NCBI GenBank assembly: GCA_002104905.1
Contig: MCFE01000139.1
Span: 93,455-157,454 of the forward strand
Reading direction: 5' to 3'
From: Basidiobolus meristosporus CBS 931.73
Taxonomy: Eukaryota; Fungi; Basidiobolomycota
Length of the DNA: 64,000 bases
The position numbers were made by a program, and so were the translations under genes. How positions within the stretch are numbered: position 1 is the first letter of the stretch; each line of letters starts with the position of its first letter. This document shows, one piece after another, positions 63,571 to 64,000 of the stretch. Below the pieces are notes generated by a model. That model searched no databases. It saw only the letters and a program-made list of their open reading frames with translations, and was not told where the DNA came from.

Positions 63571-63786
63571 GAAAATTAGCAGGGAGAAGAGAAGGAAGGA
63601 GCAAAAATTCCAGAAGTCAGAATTTATAGATGGATGGACAAGGGTAGGTGGATGGATTATTCCTGGGTTAGGAAAATTAGCAGGGAGAAGAGAAGGAAGG
63701 AGCAAAAATTCCAGAAGTCAGAATTTATAGATGGATGGACAAGGGTAGGTGGATGGATTATTCCTGGGTTAGGAAAATTAGCAGGG
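63571..63786 (-). repeat. 101-bp tandem repeat (2 full copies plus 14 bp), each 94 bp + GGGTTAG, containing a minus-strand TATAAA
   Basis: Units start GAAAATTAGCAGGG at 63571, 63672 and 63773; TTTATA at 63622-63627 and 63723-63728. Confidence 0.92.
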
Positions 63787-64000
63787 TTAGGGTTAGGGTT
63801 AGGGTTAGGGTTAGGGTTAGGGTTAGGGTTAGGGTTAGGGTTAGGGTTAGGGTTAGGGTTAGGGTTAGGGTTAGGGTTAGGGTTAGGGTTAGGGTTAGGG
63901 TTAGGGTTAGGGTTAGGGTTAGGGTTAGGGTTAGGGTTAGGGTTAGGGTTAGGGTTAGGGTTAGGGTTAGGGTTAGGGTTAGGGTTAGGGTTAGGGTTAG
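63784..64000 (+). repeat. Telomere (TTAGGG)n, about 35 perfect repeats to the end of the window
   Basis: Uninterrupted TTAGGG tract with the G-rich strand running 5'->3' toward the end. Confidence 0.99.

Larger units (their letters stand above)
62675..63786 (-). mobile_element. Class B telomeric ORF1-only element, apparently full length (B2), with 5' tandem repeats
   Basis: One ORF, a ~125-nt 3' UTR with the shared hairpins and a G-run; directly capped by the telomere. Confidence 0.88.

Noticed and set aside
63193-63705. 170-aa Leu-rich ORF overlapping the class B ORF
   Set aside because: Alternative-frame shadow of a pyrimidine-rich strand that runs through the tandem repeat; no AUG support.
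55785-63786. Repeat-spacer appearance suggesting a CRISPR-like array
   Set aside because: Eukaryotic context; the repeats are telomeric units and the intervening pieces are 100-3100 bp retroelement copies; no cas genes.

Overview
Right-hand end of a fungal chromosome. Short GT-AG introns, ARG5,6, SPT8 and a class V myosin suggest an early-diverging fungus; this is inference. There are four zones. (1) About 1-26,000 is a CpG-depleted graveyard of nested, decayed Ty1/copia, Ty3/gypsy (one with a chromodomain) and CMC/EnSpm (CACTA-type) transposons. (2) About 26,600-51,700 is a CpG-normal gene island: glycogen phosphorylase, an S4/pseudouridine-synthase-like::PrmC(HemK) fusion gene, myosin V, an enoyl-CoA hydratase/isomerase, a small secreted protein, ARG5,6, SPT8 and a 5'-truncated thaumatin-like gene. 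(3) About 51,700-55,784 holds LINE and copia relics, including a fossil telomere junction at 54,517. (4) 55,785-63,786 is a head-to-tail array of nine telomere-associated retro-inserts, capped by (TTAGGG)n at 63,784-64,000. The array is the main finding. It contains three RNA classes, all on the minus strand with 3' ends facing the centromere and mostly separated by one or two TTAGGG repeats. Class A is a LINE whose ORF1 and APE-endonuclease/RT ORF2 are in frame across a single UGA-CUA. Class B is an ORF1-only (HeT-A-like) element whose protein is a diverged paralogue of A's ORF1. Class C is a ~520-nt tRNA-derived, SINE-like element with a CCCTAACCC telomere-complementary motif between its A and B boxes. 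All three end in the same covarying double hairpin followed by oligo-C rather than poly(A). No searches were run, so novelty is unverified.
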